From: Mizuhopecten yessoensis
Lineage: Eukaryota
Direction of reading: 5' to 3'
DNA length: 64,000 nt
NCBI RefSeq assembly: GCF_002113885.1
Contig: NW_018406762.1
Location: forward strand, 1,266,834 to 1,330,833
Positions 62,265-64,000 of the stretch are shown one piece after another. The first letter of the stretch is position 1; the number at the start of each line of letters is the position of its first letter. Below the pieces are notes generated by a model that saw only the letters and a list, made by a program, of their open reading frames with translations, was not told the origin of the DNA and made no database searches. The translations under genes were made by a program, and so were the position numbers.

Positions 62265-63887
62265 GGTGTTGGTACTTAACACACAAACAGTGAAATACTA
62301 CCATTTGTTTCTGGGTCGGTACAACTATAACTATACACTTCCTTGTTACGGTTATACCACGTGACTTGACCGACAGACAGTATAATGTCCCGGACTCCTG
62401 GCGCTAGGCCAAAATAATCTAACTTAAAGGCAGATCTTGCTATCATACGTTACCATCATTACATGTGTGTATTAGACATACATTTAAGTTGTGATTTGTT
62501 CTTGAACTGTGTCCCTTCGACCAAACATTTAGACTTTCAAAAGAAAACGACTAGTGCTGAATACATATGATGAAGAAGCTGTATGAGGCAATAATCTTTT
62601 TGGCAAATTTTATGCATTACTTAATGTTAAAGGTGTATCACATTTATTTGTGTTACGTTCATCTCATGTATATTACATATAACGAGCTGGTCGCCGCCAA
62701 ACTAGCCCGGTAACAGTACAGAAGTGGCACGAAATTCCCGTTAACGTCATTTGACGTCACAAAACAGTTTATGCACAGGGGTTCGTCACAAATGTCTAAA
62801 ATTAACAAATGATTTACTGTTGAATCAAAGCACATCAAGGCACAACTAATTAATTATCTTAGTTTGATGTGACTCATAGCAGTGTAGCCAATGTTTATTT
62901 CAGACATATGTCACAACCCCTGTACAATGATACAGATGCTTGTTAATTTTAACTTTCTGCCCCACTTTTCACTTAAGATCCACGATATCACACAGTTGTG
63001 ATGACTTATGTTCATCTACTAAGTTTCGGAAAGCGTAAATACTACTGCATTATTATTTATACTATATATACCCTGTTTGAACAAAGAACATTTCTAACCC
63101 CCTAAAATAAAGAATCGTTACTGTAAAGTTGACACTTGAGTGTTTTGAATTGTTTTCAACCCCACTACAACATCTGTTTGTTATACATATGTATATTCGA
63201 GTTTTCGTGTAATGACTGTTACTTGTGACTCAATAATATTTGTGTATTTTACTTTTTTAATATACATAATGTCAATATGAAAATTGTTGATGGGTTTTGT
63301 ATATTTCGACCCATGATAAATATGACTCGACTTTATAAAGAAAACGTACCGCCTCGGTCGGAGAAGCACACTCACAAAACAGTGTGGTAGCTGTGGACGC
63401 TTACTCTGTCAGAGATGACAGGGGACTACACATATGATCCCTTCCTCCATGATGCCAGGAGCGGATAGTCAGGATACTTGATGTTTTTCATTATGCTATA
63501 AAACGTTATTCATATTACAATAAGTATAAAACAATTAATTGAAACTCATATTTTACTATCTTTTTGGACCTGATGTAAGCGCGCAGGGGTCTCAATTTGG
63601 GAGGAAACTAGAGTGCTTTTATTAAAAAAGAAGAATGTATAATCCACTGCACCCCCGACCACCCGATGTTTGCATGCTTTAAGGAGTTAGGGCGAACGTC
63701 ATATACAAACATGATATGTGATCACCATGGTATGCACACCAATACCTCTGTTTCAATTTTGAAAATAGGAAGGATGTCATAATCAGTAGATACATAGCCC
63801 TAGCTATTAACATTATTGGTACAGGTAAATAGGAAGGATGTAATAGTCAGTAGTTACATAGCCCTACCTATTGATGTTATTGGTTCA

Positions 63888-64000
63888 GGTACCGTCGTGA
63901 CAATCGATCCACACGTGTCCACACCCACTCTTTCAGGGGTAACCAATCCCTGTCTCTGGTAAAGGACATACACCTGGTTGTTCCTCAGCTCTCGTACACA
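63888..64000 (-). pseudogene. TRIM/NHL remnant, copy 2 (partial)
   Basis: Close match to 43663-43775. Confidence 0.75.

Larger units (their letters stand above)
52775..64000. repeat. Tandem segmental duplication, copy 2 (runs off the window)
   Basis: See copy 1; differs by TE insertions and deletions. Confidence 0.9.

Overview
AT-rich eukaryotic DNA. The repeat families and the intronless B-box/NHL genes suggest a bivalve mollusc (inference). 1-18 kb: 11 coding exons of a chimaerin Rac-GAP gene (SH2-C1-RhoGAP, + strand, first exon upstream of the window), with introns full of minisatellites, SINEs and MITEs. 18-29 kb: intergenic satellites, a Helentron-like element and a decayed Penelope-like RT. 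29-64 kb: a ~23.8-kb tandem duplication (copy 1 ~28.94-52.77 kb; copy 2 from ~52.77 kb past the window end). The cassette holds a 3-exon GPI-type Ly6/uPAR (three-finger) gene and intronless, RING-less B-box/B-box/coiled-coil/NHL (TRIM-like) genes plus a remnant. The copies have decayed reciprocally: copy 1 has an intact Ly6 and a frameshifted TRIM-A; copy 2 has a TE-interrupted Ly6 and an intact TRIM-A. NHL differences between paralogs cluster in short loop patches. Several satellites can be traced to their seeds: a single-copy paralogous site, the right arms of hairpins, and an exon-intron junction. All alignments were done by eye, so coordinates and copy numbers are approximate.
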